NCBI GenBank assembly: GCA_963677105.1
Contig: OY781871.1
Location: 870,001 to 902,000 of the forward strand
Direction: 5' to 3'
DNA length: 32,000 nucleotides
From: Candidatus Saccharimonadota bacterium
GTDB taxonomy: Bacteria > Patescibacteriota > Gracilibacteria > UBA4473
In this document: piece by piece, positions 1-8,503 of the stretch
Layout of the letters: every line of letters starts with the position of its first letter
How positions within the stretch are numbered: the first letter of the stretch is position 1
The notes under the pieces: model-generated
What the model saw: the letters and a program-made list of their open reading frames with translations, nothing else
Databases searched by the model: none
What the model was told of the DNA's origin: nothing
Translations under genes and position numbers: made by a program

Positions 1-3000
1 CGGGAGATGAAGATAATAAAGAATTGTCAGATTTAGTAGCGGAGGCTCAAAAACATCTTAATACACTCAATGGAGTAGAAAAACCAGAAGAAAAGAAACC
101 TGAAGCGACTTCAAAACAAGAAACAGTTGTGGCTGCAACCACTTCTGTTCCAGAAAAAAAAGAAACTGAGGCTGAAAAACAGGCTCGATTAGAACAAGAT
201 AAGAAAGTCTTAGAAGACAAAGAGGCAGAAAGAAAAGCAAATGAGGAGAGAAAAGCCGCTCATGAAAATTTAGACAATGCACGAAAATTATTGGATAGCA
301 TTGATTTTACTACATTAGATATAACAACTTATCAAGAATTTCAAGGGAAGTTAAATGAAATACATACACCAGTTCTTATTGCTGAGGAAGAAGGGAAAAA
401 ATTCCCAGAATTAAAAGAAGATGCACTGAAATTAAAAAGTGATTTTGATGAAGCACGAAATAAAGTGGGAATTTATGAAAGGGGTGCAGGAGAACAAGAG
501 AGAGTAGAAAAGAAATATCAAAAGAAAACGGAGGAGCAATTACAAGCAATGGATACAAAGATTGAGGATGAAGTGAAATTGTTTCAGGCAAAATTAGAAG
601 AATTAGAGAAAAAACCAGAAAACTTACCAGAATCGCCTTTGTCTTTGGAACCAGCGGATCCTAAAACATTAGAGCAAATTCAGCAAGGAATGATGAGCCA
701 CAGAACAGAATCTATGAAAACGTTAGAAGAAATAAATTTTCTTCAAGAATGTTCACAAGAATTAGGAGAAAAAATTGCAAAATTTGAAGAAAAAAAATCA
801 GCCTTTACATTAGGAAATGTTGGACGATTTGTTGGTTCCTCAATTGCGATTTTACCCGGAATGGCCGTTGATCTAACAATGAAAGTTGGAGGTTGGTTTG
901 GATTAAATCCTCAGAACAAACGAAGTATAGATGTTGCTGAAAAAATGTTCGGCGTAAAAAGTCCTGCTGCAGAATTACGGAAAGAAAAAGAGGCCTTTGA
1001 GATAAGTTTTGCAGAAAAACAACAAGTACTTGCAGGAAAGAAATCAGAATTAGATTCATATGGAAAAACATTGTCAACCAATTCGGAATCACTCAGAGCG
1101 AGTGCTCCAAATGATGTACGAACTTCTGTACGAAATGGTTTGATAGAAGATTTGCCAAAAGGTGCAGATCCAAATGTTGAGCCATGGAAAGGAATGATTG
1201 ATAAGATTACGGGAGAAGTCGAAGGAACAACGATTGCACAAGTTGCATCAGCGGTAGATCAGCTAGATATGAACGTAGATGGTTCTGTTTCAGAATTAAC
1301 AGAAGCAACAGGAGGGTCACTAGGAAGTCTTAATGATTCTTTAGAATATATTAAAACACTTGATATTACATCTGCAACAGCACTAGATATGTCGGTTGGA
1401 TTCTTAACAAAAAATGTAGCAAAAGTATTGGATGTATCAGGAGATTTCCTTGCAAAAATTCCAGTATTAGGTTTGGTTGGAGGAGTTCTTCGTGGAGCTG
1501 GAGGAATGATTGACGGAATTGGTTCAATGATTACCGATCCATGGAGTGTAGTAGAAGGATTAGGTGCACTTGTTGGTATTCCAAATGGATTAAAAGCAGC
1601 AGGAGAAGCATGGAAAGGATTGGGAATGGGGCTTTTTGCGGGAGAAGCATGGAGTGATATGGCAAAAGCATTTAAAGAAGGAGATTTAATGACTGCGTGG
1701 GGAGAAATGTCTGCGGCAGTTGGTGAAGTAGGATTAAATGTTGCGGCTACATTCTTTACTGGAGGAGCTGCTGCAGGAGCTCGTGGAGGAGCTGTTGCAG
1801 GACGAATTGGTAAAATGACATCAGCTATTTCTAAAGTTGCTACAAACATTCCAGGAGCGCGTTTTGCGGCACGTGCAGCTAAATGGACTTCAAAGACACG
1901 TGGAGTTCGTTATATAGGAAAAGCTGGAGATGTTATTCTTACTCCAATGAGATGGGGATTAAAACCATTGAAAGGATTAGGGAAATTTGGTACCAAAATA
2001 GATGATATTGCGGCTACAGGATTGCGACCAACGCGATGGTCAAAAATGGGACGCATGAGAGCTTTAGATAGAATGAATAAACAACTTACAGGTAAAGTAA
2101 GTAAATTAGATGATATTTTGGCAAATGGAGCAGATGATTTAGGAAAATTTGAAAGACGTTCTACGAGGGTCGCGAGAGTAAAAGCTAAACGATTATTGAG
2201 AAAAAATAAACAGGTAATGAAAAAACTAGATCCAGATGGAGCATTGATCAGAAATGTAGAAGCAGAAGTTGCAGCACAACAATTAAAAGTAGAAGCTTCT
2301 ACTCGAACATCAAAAGCAATAAAAAGTATTAAACAAGGAAATGTCAAAGATTTAAGAATATTAGATGAAGCAGATGATGTAGCAAAAGCAACGAATACTC
2401 CTAAAAAAGTTCCTAGAAGAGCTCCAAATCCACAGTTTAGCAAAAAGGCATTTGAAGAGGCCGTAAGAACTAAAAAGGGAATTACTATAAAGGCAGGTAA
2501 GTATAAGGGAACTTGGACAGAAGGATCTGAAGGTGGATGGATGCGTAAAGTTGAAGGAGGACGGACTGTTCCATATAATAATCCAGCAATAGGTACAACT
2601 AATTTAACAAACGCTTTGCATCGTGCATGGAAAAGTGAGGGGATGGGTACTTCTGCAGTTAAAAGACCTGCTCGAATTATACCAGAAGAAAGAGCATCGA
2701 ATGCTTCAGCTACACCACGAGTTGAACCAGTAGCTTCAATGTCTCCGACAAAAACAGTTCTAGAGCCATTAACAAGACCAGAATTATTGAGAGCGGGAGG
2801 AGAAGGATCACTTCTTTTTGCGGCGTTGAAAAATACAGAACGTTATAACGAAAGAAAAACAGAAAGCGTAGAAAGAAACATCAATGATAATTTTCCAGAA
2901 CAAGGAGAGCATAACACCACTTCTTTTGTAGACTTAAATAAAAATCGACCATCAGTGGAAGAGCAAGTAAGAGAACAAGAAAAAGCTCCTACTGAAGAAA

Positions 3001-3317
3001 GGGAAACAACTGTACTTATTAATTATCCGAGAAAGGAAAAATTTGAAGGTCCACGAAAAGAAAACTTAGAGTCGTTTTTTAGAGAAGGAGTAGGTGATAA
3101 AGCTTTAAAAGAGATAAAAGCTGATATAAAGAAATACTCAGCCTCTGATGTAGAAGTAACTATTAATGGAGAAAAGAAAGAACTGAAGGATATTTGGACA
3201 CATCGTAACGAATCGGGAGAACAACCGGTGGTAGCTATCAAAAAATTTGAATCGGAATTGAGAGATGGAGCAGATGCTCCATGTATCACTAAAATTGATA
3301 TTAAGTTTACAGAATAA
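1..3317 (+). CDS. Large orphan protein, 5'-truncated by the window edge (at least 1097 aa). It has an N-terminal Lys/Glu-rich coiled-coil, a central Gly/Ala-rich hydrophobic block, a basic middle and a mixed-charge C-terminus.
   Basis: The reading frame is open from nt 3 with no upstream stop. The tracked start at 24 is only a TTG, so the gene probably continues upstream. The ORF runs uninterrupted for 3.3 kb and stops with TAA at 3315-3317. I recognise no catalytic motif. Confidence 0.75.
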   Translation, partial: GDEDNKELSDLVAEAQKHLNTLNGVEKPEEKKPEATSKQETVVAATTSVPEKKETEAEKQARLEQDKKVLEDKEAERKANEERKAAHENLDNARKLLDSIDFTTLDITTYQEFQGKLNEIHTPVLIAEEEGKKFPELKEDALKLKSDFDEARNKVGIYERGAGEQERVEKKYQKKTEEQLQAMDTKIEDEVKLFQAKLEELEKKPENLPESPLSLEPADPKTLEQIQQGMMSHRTESMKTLEEINFLQECSQELGEKIAKFEEKKSAFTLGNVGRFVGSSIAILPGMAVDLTMKVGGWFGLNPQNKRSIDVAEKMFGVKSPAAELRKEKEAFEISFAEKQQVLAGKKSELDSYGKTLSTNSESLRASAPNDVRTSVRNGLIEDLPKGADPNVEPWKGMIDKITGEVEGTTIAQVASAVDQLDMNVDGSVSELTEATGGSLGSLNDSLEYIKTLDITSATALDMSVGFLTKNVAKVLDVSGDFLAKIPVLGLVGGVLRGAGGMIDGIGSMITDPWSVVEGLGALVGIPNGLKAAGEAWKGLGMGLFAGEAWSDMAKAFKEGDLMTAWGEMSAAVGEVGLNVAATFFTGGAAAGARGGAVAGRIGKMTSAISKVATNIPGARFAARAAKWTSKTRGVRYIGKAGDVILTPMRWGLKPLKGLGKFGTKIDDIAATGLRPTRWSKMGRMRALDRMNKQLTGKVSKLDDILANGADDLGKFERRSTRVARVKAKRLLRKNKQVMKKLDPDGALIRNVEAEVAAQQLKVEASTRTSKAIKSIKQGNVKDLRILDEADDVAKATNTPKKVPRRAPNPQFSKKAFEEAVRTKKGITIKAGKYKGTWTEGSEGGWMRKVEGGRTVPYNNPAIGTTNLTNALHRAWKSEGMGTSAVKRPARIIPEERASNASATPRVEPVASMSPTKTVLEPLTRPELLRAGGEGSLLFAALKNTERYNERKTESVERNINDNFPEQGEHNTTSFVDLNKNRPSVEEQVREQEKAPTEERETTVLINYPRKEKFEGPRKENLESFFREGVGDKALKEIKADIKKYSASDVEVTINGEKKELKDIWTHRNESGEQPVVAIKKFESELRDGADAPCITKIDIKFTE

Positions 3318-3336
3318 TTAAAATGTTTTAAATTGC

Positions 3337-3364
3337 TTGACATTTTTTATGAAAAATGTATAAT
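3337..3364 (+). promoter_or_regulatory. Sigma70-type consensus promoter: TTGACA - 16 nt - TATAAT, with TG upstream of the -10
   Basis: TTGACA lies at 3337-3342 and TATAAT at 3359-3364, preceded by atg-T. It sits directly after the stop of the giant ORF and about 160 nt upstream of the 3524 start. Confidence 0.6.
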
Positions 3365-3394
3365 CATATAAAGTTCTTTGAAATCTCGGTGAAA

Positions 3395-3481
3395 AATTTA
3401 GTCTTTCTAGCGGTGTTTAGTGGTGGACGAATTCTTTTATAGAAGGACTCTTATCCGAATATCGCTCCCGAAGACTAAATT
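3395..3481 (+). promoter_or_regulatory. Structured 5' leader candidate, closed by an 11-bp perfect stem
   Basis: AATTTAGTCTT (3395-3405) pairs perfectly with AAGACTAAATT (3471-3481). The enclosed 65 nt contain smaller helices: AGCG/CGCT, and TTCT-tttat-AGAA. An A-rich tract and GGAGG (3513-3517) follow. I matched no known riboswitch class. Confidence 0.35.
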
Positions 3482-3523
3482 GAAAATCAAACTAAAAAAA
3501 CTAAAAAAAAACGGAGGTTTCTT

Positions 3524-4033
3524 ATGAAAAAAATTCTTATTATCGCCGCTGTCGTATTGGCACTCGTATGGGCTGGATTCCACTTTTTTGGTGGAAAGGA
3601 TGAAGTTATAGTTACAGGACCAAGCGGCAATACTGTTAAACCAGATGCAGTTGCATCGGTTATTCAGTTTTCATACTCTGCAGAAGCGGATTGGAGTAAA
3701 ATCCAAGAAGCTACTGTAAATGTATCTATGCCAGAAGGATCACTGTCCTGGGAAAGAAAAGGGTTTTACCCTGACTTAACCAGATCAACTTTGCGTACAG
3801 AAGGCGATTTATTCGTCTTTACATTGTTCACTCAGGGGCAAGTGCTTCATGGAGCGATCAATAAAAACGCATTAAAACACTTGTCGGCTGTGACCGACAA
3901 AGGCTATGACAACTTCGCAGCGTATGATGTACGTCTGTTTGATCAGGCGAAACACCAACGCGTTACTGCTACATTTCAAGACTGTCATTCCACAGTGGGC
4001 AACCTTGCTCATAGTGGAGATAGACGGTTCTAA
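3524..4033 (+). CDS. Small membrane-anchored or secreted orphan protein (169 aa) with atypically high GC
   Basis: The ATG sits 6 nt after a perfect GGAGG. There is an N-terminal hydrophobic helix (KKILIIAAVVLALVWAGF). My hand counts of three ~90-100-nt stretches give about 44-47% GC, against about 35% in the adjacent channel gene. Confidence 0.75.
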   Translation: MKKILIIAAVVLALVWAGFHFFGGKDEVIVTGPSGNTVKPDAVASVIQFSYSAEADWSKIQEATVNVSMPEGSLSWERKGFYPDLTRSTLRTEGDLFVFTLFTQGQVLHGAINKNALKHLSAVTDKGYDNFAAYDVRLFDQAKHQRVTATFQDCHSTVGNLAHSGDRRF

Positions 4034-4053
4034 CATTTTCTTCGGGGAAAACT

Positions 4054-4092
4054 AGGACGGATTATAAGCTTGCTTATTTATCCGTCCTTTTC
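4054..4092 (+). terminator. Rho-independent terminator
   Basis: AGGACGGAT (4054-4062) pairs with ATCCGTCCT (4080-4088). An inner helix ATAAGC-tt-GCTTAT lies between them, followed by TTTT. Confidence 0.7.
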
Positions 4093-4149
4093 ATGTATTT
4101 TTATTTTTCAAAATTCGTTCACTCTGGCACAATATCAGAGCAAACAAAT

Positions 4150-5013
4150 ATGAAAGAAAAAATACACGCAACATTAGTTGATTTATTAGAACATCACGAG
4201 TCTCGTGCTGGACGAGTGTTTGGTCATATTTTAATTTTATTGATTACACTTTCTACGATTTCTTTCGCGCTTGAAAACAGTGAGGGATTAAGACATTATA
4301 GATATTATTTTTTGATTCTTGATCAGGCTATCATTGGATTTTTTCTTGTAGAATATTTATTACGAGTGTTAATTTCTCAACGAAGATGGAAATTCATATT
4401 TTCTCCACTAGGAATTGTAGATTTATTAGTAGTAGTTTCGGGATTATCTCATTTGAATTTAATGTTCTTGCGAGGGCTTCGTTTGCTACAAATATTACAA
4501 TTATTGAAAGTACTTCGTTATTCTGATTTCTTACTAAATTTTTTACGATCATTTTCTCATTATCGTCATGAATTTAATATTTTGGGTACTTCATTTTTTG
4601 TTGTATGGATAATGAGTGGATTAGGTGCTTATTTACTAGAACATGGCTTTAATTCAGAAATTTCATCATTAGGAGATGCTTTGTGGTGGGCTTTAGTTAC
4701 GATGGCAACTGTTGGATATGGAGATGTTGTTCCCATTACTATAGCGGGAAAAATATTAGCGGGGTTCGTAATTATTTTGGGAGTGGCGACGATGTCTATG
4801 TTGACCGCGATTGTTACCCGTATTTTTTTAGATCATTTTTTTGGAAAACGTTTACATACCTGTGCGTTTTGTCATTTTCCACATCACGATCATGATGCAA
4901 AATTTTGTAAAAACTGTGGTAATCAATTAGATGCACGATTACTTGATAATGCAGCAACAGTTGCACCACATCATATTCGAATGTTGCGTGCAACAAAGAA
5001 AGTCTCAAAATGA
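4150..5013 (+). CDS. Voltage-gated-type (6-TM) potassium channel with a C-terminal CxxC...CxxC zinc-ribbon tail
   Basis: It has the K+ selectivity filter TVGYGD and an S4-like segment with spaced basic residues (RGLRLLQILQLLKVLR). The C-terminus reads CAFCHFPHHDHDAKFCKNCG. I prefer the ATG at 4150 (MKEKIH...), because the alternative ATG at 4093 directly abuts the upstream terminator. Confidence 0.85.
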   Translation: MKEKIHATLVDLLEHHESRAGRVFGHILILLITLSTISFALENSEGLRHYRYYFLILDQAIIGFFLVEYLLRVLISQRRWKFIFSPLGIVDLLVVVSGLSHLNLMFLRGLRLLQILQLLKVLRYSDFLLNFLRSFSHYRHEFNILGTSFFVVWIMSGLGAYLLEHGFNSEISSLGDALWWALVTMATVGYGDVVPITIAGKILAGFVIILGVATMSMLTAIVTRIFLDHFFGKRLHTCAFCHFPHHDHDAKFCKNCGNQLDARLLDNAATVAPHHIRMLRATKKVSK

Positions 5014-5020
5014 AAGAAGG

Positions 5021-5050
5021 TACAAATAACAAAGTAGAAAGCACAAAAAA
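5021..5050 (+). repeat. A-rich intergenic repeat family, site A (near-copy: CAAATAACAAAGTAGAAA)
   Basis: It starts 8 nt after the channel stop. It shares CAAATAACAAAGTA with sites E and F and has one mismatch to the CAAAGTACAAA core. Confidence 0.5.
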
Positions 5051-5060
5051 TAGTTCTTTG

Positions 5061-5921
5061 TTAGTTGTTCTTTGATATTTGGAGCGAAGAAGCGATTATT
5101 GTATTTTCAATTAAACTCACAACGGTCATTGGACCAACTCCTCCAGGAACAGGGGAAATTTTCCCAGCAACAGTTTCAGCAGAAGCAAAATCAACATCTC
5201 CAACAAGCTTTCCTTCTTCATTTCGGTTTATTCCTACGTCAATTACCGTGCAACCAGGTTTCAATTGTGTTCCGTGAATAAGACCAATTTTTCCTACTGC
5301 GACAACTACGATATCTGCATTTTTTAAATAGAAATCAATATTTTTTGTGTGTCGATGACACGTTGTTACCGTTGCACCTCTATTTAACAATAAAAGACTT
5401 ACTGGTTTTCCAACAATATTACTGCGTCCAATTACAACCGCATTTGCTCCTTGAATTTCAGTATTAGATTCATCAATCAACCGAATAATTCCTTTTGGAG
5501 TACAGCTTTCGAGAGTTTCTTCTCCGCGAGTAAGTTTCCCCATGTTTTCCGCAGTCCATCCGTCTACATCTTTTCTTGGAGAAATTTTTGCTAACACTTT
5601 TTTTACAGAAATGTGATCAGGAAGAGGAGTTTGAACAATTACACCATGAACAGTGTCATCCAGATCAATTTTATCCAATTCTGCCAAAATTAATTCTTCA
5701 CTAATCGTGTCAGGAAATTTTCGGATTTCAGATTCAATTCCTGCTCGTGCAGCAAATTTCTCTTTTTGTTTTACATATGATGCACTTGCGGGATGTTCTC
5801 CTACAAGGATAACAACTAATTTTGGAATAATTCCACGTGCTTTTAATTCTTCAACTTTCGGAAGAAGATCGGTTTCAATTATTTTACTTGCTATGTCGCG
5901 ACCAGAAATTATTTCAGCCAT
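5061..5921 (-). CDS. folD: Bifunctional 5,10-methylene-tetrahydrofolate dehydrogenase / methenyl-THF cyclohydrolase
   Basis: The full-length FolD pattern is present: ISGRDIA..., SASYVKQKEK, VQTPLP, TPKG, VVIGRSNIVGKP, PVPGGVGPMT. I place the start at the internal ATG 5921 (MAEIISG). The 20-codon upstream extension overlaps the neighbouring gene. Confidence 0.92.
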   Translation of the reverse strand: MAEIISGRDIASKIIETDLLPKVEELKARGIIPKLVVILVGEHPASASYVKQKEKFAARAGIESEIRKFPDTISEELILAELDKIDLDDTVHGVIVQTPLPDHISVKKVLAKISPRKDVDGWTAENMGKLTRGEETLESCTPKGIIRLIDESNTEIQGANAVVIGRSNIVGKPVSLLLLNRGATVTTCHRHTKNIDFYLKNADIVVVAVGKIGLIHGTQLKPGCTVIDVGINRNEEGKLVGDVDFASAETVAGKISPVPGGVGPMTVVSLIENTIIASSLQISKNN

Positions 5922-6210
5922 TTTTTCTTGGTTTAATAATAAAAATGTTTTTTCGTAAGCGAAAAATAGCAATTTGTCCAAAAAATACTAGTAAAAAGAA
6001 GAGAAGTTGTGTCCAATATTTCTCAACAAATCCATCTAAAGTTGGAGCATTATCTTCAAACACATACGGAAAATAAGGTGCGGGTGTATTTGTAATTGGT
6101 TCAGCAGAAAATGTCATAAAATCTACCAAGAGGTTTACAAAGAAAAAACTTATGAAGATGAGAATAATTTCAACAAAGAGGAATCGTTTCCAATAAGTAA
6201 AAAGTTTCAT
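5914..6210 (-). CDS. Small integral membrane protein (98 aa)
   Basis: It has two hydrophobic segments. Its ATG overlaps the tmk stop (TGATG) and its stop overlaps the folD start by 8 nt, which indicates an operon: tmk, membrane protein, folD. Confidence 0.6.
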   Translation of the reverse strand: MKLFTYWKRFLFVEIILIFISFFFVNLLVDFMTFSAEPITNTPAPYFPYVFEDNAPTLDGFVEKYWTQLLFFLLVFFGQIAIFRLRKNIFIIKPRKNG

Positions 6211-6908
6211 CAAAAGAGAGCTGCCTGTTTATCGGATGGAATATCTTTCTTTTGTAATTTTTCTAATACAAGAGCTAATATTTCTTTTCCAATATCTTCT
6301 CGACGACGTAATTCGCCACCTTTATCAACTGGCATTCTTGTCCATCGAAAATCTCGTTTGCAGCGATCAAGTGCAACAGCTTTTACTTGTTGTAAATATT
6401 GTTCATCAGCTTCATGAATATCGGCAAGACGGTTTTTTGCTTTATGAATTTGAGCACGAGCTTCGACACTTGCGTCAAGAAAAATAACTAAACTTTCTCG
6501 GGGAAACCCATAAATATCGTATTCGAGTTGTTCAACATATTTTTCAAGTGCAGTAATTTCTGATTTTTTTGTACTTCGAGCAGGTGTGTAAATCAAATTC
6601 GAAGTAACTCCACGATCAAAAAGAAGAAGATCGTTTTCTGCACGTAATTTTTCTACTTCTTCCAATTGTTCTAATCTATCTGCCGCATACAAAGAAGCTA
6701 CGATTCGAGGATCGATATTTTTTATTTCACCAAATTCTCCACGCAAATAAGCCGCAATACGTCTTCCAGCAGAAGTTTTTTCATATCCGGGAAATCGAAT
6801 AAATCCAACGCGAATACCGCGTTCTTTTAAATTCTTCATTAATATTTCAGTTTGAGTAGATTTTCCACAAGCATCAAGACCTTCGAGCACGACAATAGGT
6901 GATTTCAT
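6210..6908 (-). CDS. tmk: Thymidylate (dTMP) kinase
   Basis: It has the P-loop LEGLDACGKSTQ, a DR-type motif (AADRLEQ) and a length typical of the family. Confidence 0.9.
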   Translation of the reverse strand: MKSPIVVLEGLDACGKSTQTEILMKNLKERGIRVGFIRFPGYEKTSAGRRIAAYLRGEFGEIKNIDPRIVASLYAADRLEQLEEVEKLRAENDLLLFDRGVTSNLIYTPARSTKKSEITALEKYVEQLEYDIYGFPRESLVIFLDASVEARAQIHKAKNRLADIHEADEQYLQQVKAVALDRCKRDFRWTRMPVDKGGELRRREDIGKEILALVLEKLQKKDIPSDKQAALF

Positions 6909-6917
6909 ATTTTCTGC

Positions 6918-6961
6918 GCAAAGTATAACAAAATCAATTTACAAAGTACAAAGTACAAAAA
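6918..6961 (+). repeat. A-rich intergenic repeat family, site B (two overlapping exact CAAAGTACAAA copies)
   Basis: Exact 11-mers lie at 6942-6952 and 6949-6959, with GCAAAGTATAACAAAA upstream. The site lies between two minus-strand genes, yet the motif is in plus orientation. Confidence 0.6.
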
Positions 6962-7020
6962 TTCAATAATTAACTTTAAATTCGATATTCAACAATACTT
7001 AACGTTTTCACTACGATAAA

Positions 7021-7569
7021 TTATTTTTTTCCTTCAAACTTGTATTTCCATTTAGGATATGTGGACTTAAGATTGTAAAGATTTTTTAATTTATTTACTT
7101 CATCTTTTGAAAGGTTTTGAAGGACAATAAATCCTCCTATTTCTTTTGGAAGAGTGAAATCATTAGGAAATTTTTCTACTTTCCATATATAAAGAGATTC
7201 AGCAATTGTTTCTGGAAATTTACATCCTTCAGGAAGATTTTTTACATTTCTTATATGGAGACTTCCGTTAATTATTTTTGGAAAAATAAATCCTTCAGGA
7301 AGACTTTCTGAAGCGCCAAGATCAAGATGTCCATTGAGTGGACTAGGAATATAATCAAGTGCTTGATATTCTTTGAAATCAAGATTCCCATTATGCTCTT
7401 TAAATGGCTTTATTGTTTCTTTTATTTCATTAAGTGCAGTTGTTGTTTCAGATATTACCTTTTTTGTTTCAACTTTATTATTTGATACCGTGTTAGGAAT
7501 TGCTTCGGGATTTTTACAAATAAATTTAGTGTTATTAGTTATTGAATTCGATGAATGTAGTTTGTTCAT
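7021..7569 (-). CDS. Orphan protein with three tandem 22-residue LRR/FNIP-like repeats
   Basis: The repeats are LPEGFIFPKIINGSLHIRNVKN / LPEGCKFPETIAESLYIWKVEK / FPNDFTLPKEIGGFIVLQNLSK (nt 7105-7302). Confidence 0.65.
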   Translation of the reverse strand: MNKLHSSNSITNNTKFICKNPEAIPNTVSNNKVETKKVISETTTALNEIKETIKPFKEHNGNLDFKEYQALDYIPSPLNGHLDLGASESLPEGFIFPKIINGSLHIRNVKNLPEGCKFPETIAESLYIWKVEKFPNDFTLPKEIGGFIVLQNLSKDEVNKLKNLYNLKSTYPKWKYKFEGKK

Positions 7570-7716
7570 GATTTAGTGAAAATTAAAAAATTATCAAAAT
7601 CTATTGGTTATTTTATCATGATAAGAGGTAGAATGCAATTTTATGTTTTTATAATATTTTTTATCTATAGAATTTTAGATTTTGTTGTACAATTGTATTG
7701 AAGTTATTATAAAAAC

Positions 7717-8466
7717 ATGACCTGTGAAATTTTTGGGATTCTCAATGTGACGCCAGACAGTTTTTCAGATGGTGGAAAATTTTTTACACCAGAAGTGGCG
7801 ATTGCTCATGCAGAAAAAATGATACACGACGGAGCATCTTTTATTGATATAGGAGGGGAATCAACTCGACCAAATGCGACCGCCGTTTCACCAGAAGAAG
7901 AATGGGATCGTGTAGAAAATGTAGTATCGAATTTGTTAGAAAAACCAGATTTCCAACATCGTATTTCTCTTGATACAAAAAATTGGGAAACAGCAGCGAA
8001 TTTCTTTCATGTTGGAGGAGAAATTTTAAATGATATTTCAGGTGTTGCTGATCCAAGAATGCAAGAGCTTGTGGCTCAATTTGCAAAAAAAGTAATAGTG
8101 GGACATTTCCCTGGAGAAAGTCTTGCTGAAGTTCATGAACAAAAAATTGATTCAGTAAATCAAGTATGTGATGAATTATTGCTTCGTTACGAAGAACTGA
8201 TTCGTGTGGGAATATCATCTGATGCAATTATTTTGGATCCAAATATTGGATTTGGGAAAACAATGGAGTGTAATTGGGAATTATTAAAATTTGGAGAATG
8301 GTTGCCAGAATACAACGTTATGATTGGGCATTCCCGAAAGAGATTTTTGGGAGAACATCGAAAGGAAGTAGAACCAAATTTGGAAGCAGCAAAATTAGCT
8401 ATGGATTCTGGAGCTCGATATTTACGAGTACATGATGTATATGAACATTTTCTTTTACTTAAGTAA
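7717..8466 (+). CDS. folP: Dihydropteroate synthase
   Basis: The pterin-binding fold motifs are present: GILNVTPDSFSDGG, DIGGESTRP, LDPNIGFGK, SRKRFLG, RVHDV. Confidence 0.9.
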   Translation: MTCEIFGILNVTPDSFSDGGKFFTPEVAIAHAEKMIHDGASFIDIGGESTRPNATAVSPEEEWDRVENVVSNLLEKPDFQHRISLDTKNWETAANFFHVGGEILNDISGVADPRMQELVAQFAKKVIVGHFPGESLAEVHEQKIDSVNQVCDELLLRYEELIRVGISSDAIILDPNIGFGKTMECNWELLKFGEWLPEYNVMIGHSRKRFLGEHRKEVEPNLEAAKLAMDSGARYLRVHDVYEHFLLLK

Positions 8467-8469
8467 TAC

Positions 8470-8496
8470 TTGACATTTTTTACAAAAGTGTAAAAG
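8470..8496 (+). promoter_or_regulatory. Promoter: TTGACA - 15 nt - TAAAAG, with TG extended -10
   Basis: TTGACA lies at 8470-8475 and TG-TAAAAG at 8489-8496. The first 14 nt (CTTGACATTTTTTA) are identical to the promoter at 3336. The -10 ends 7 nt before the ATG at 8504, so the transcript may be leaderless. Confidence 0.45.
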
Positions 8497-8503
8497 AGTG
8501 TAG

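Noticed and set aside
3482-3523. The A-rich tail AAACTAAAAAAACTAAAAAAAAACGGAGG resembles the AAAAAACUAA tail of the preQ1-I riboswitch.
   Set aside because: There is no adjacent 5-bp P1 hairpin with the conserved loop immediately upstream, and the downstream gene has no queuosine link. The A-tract is more simply a spacer.
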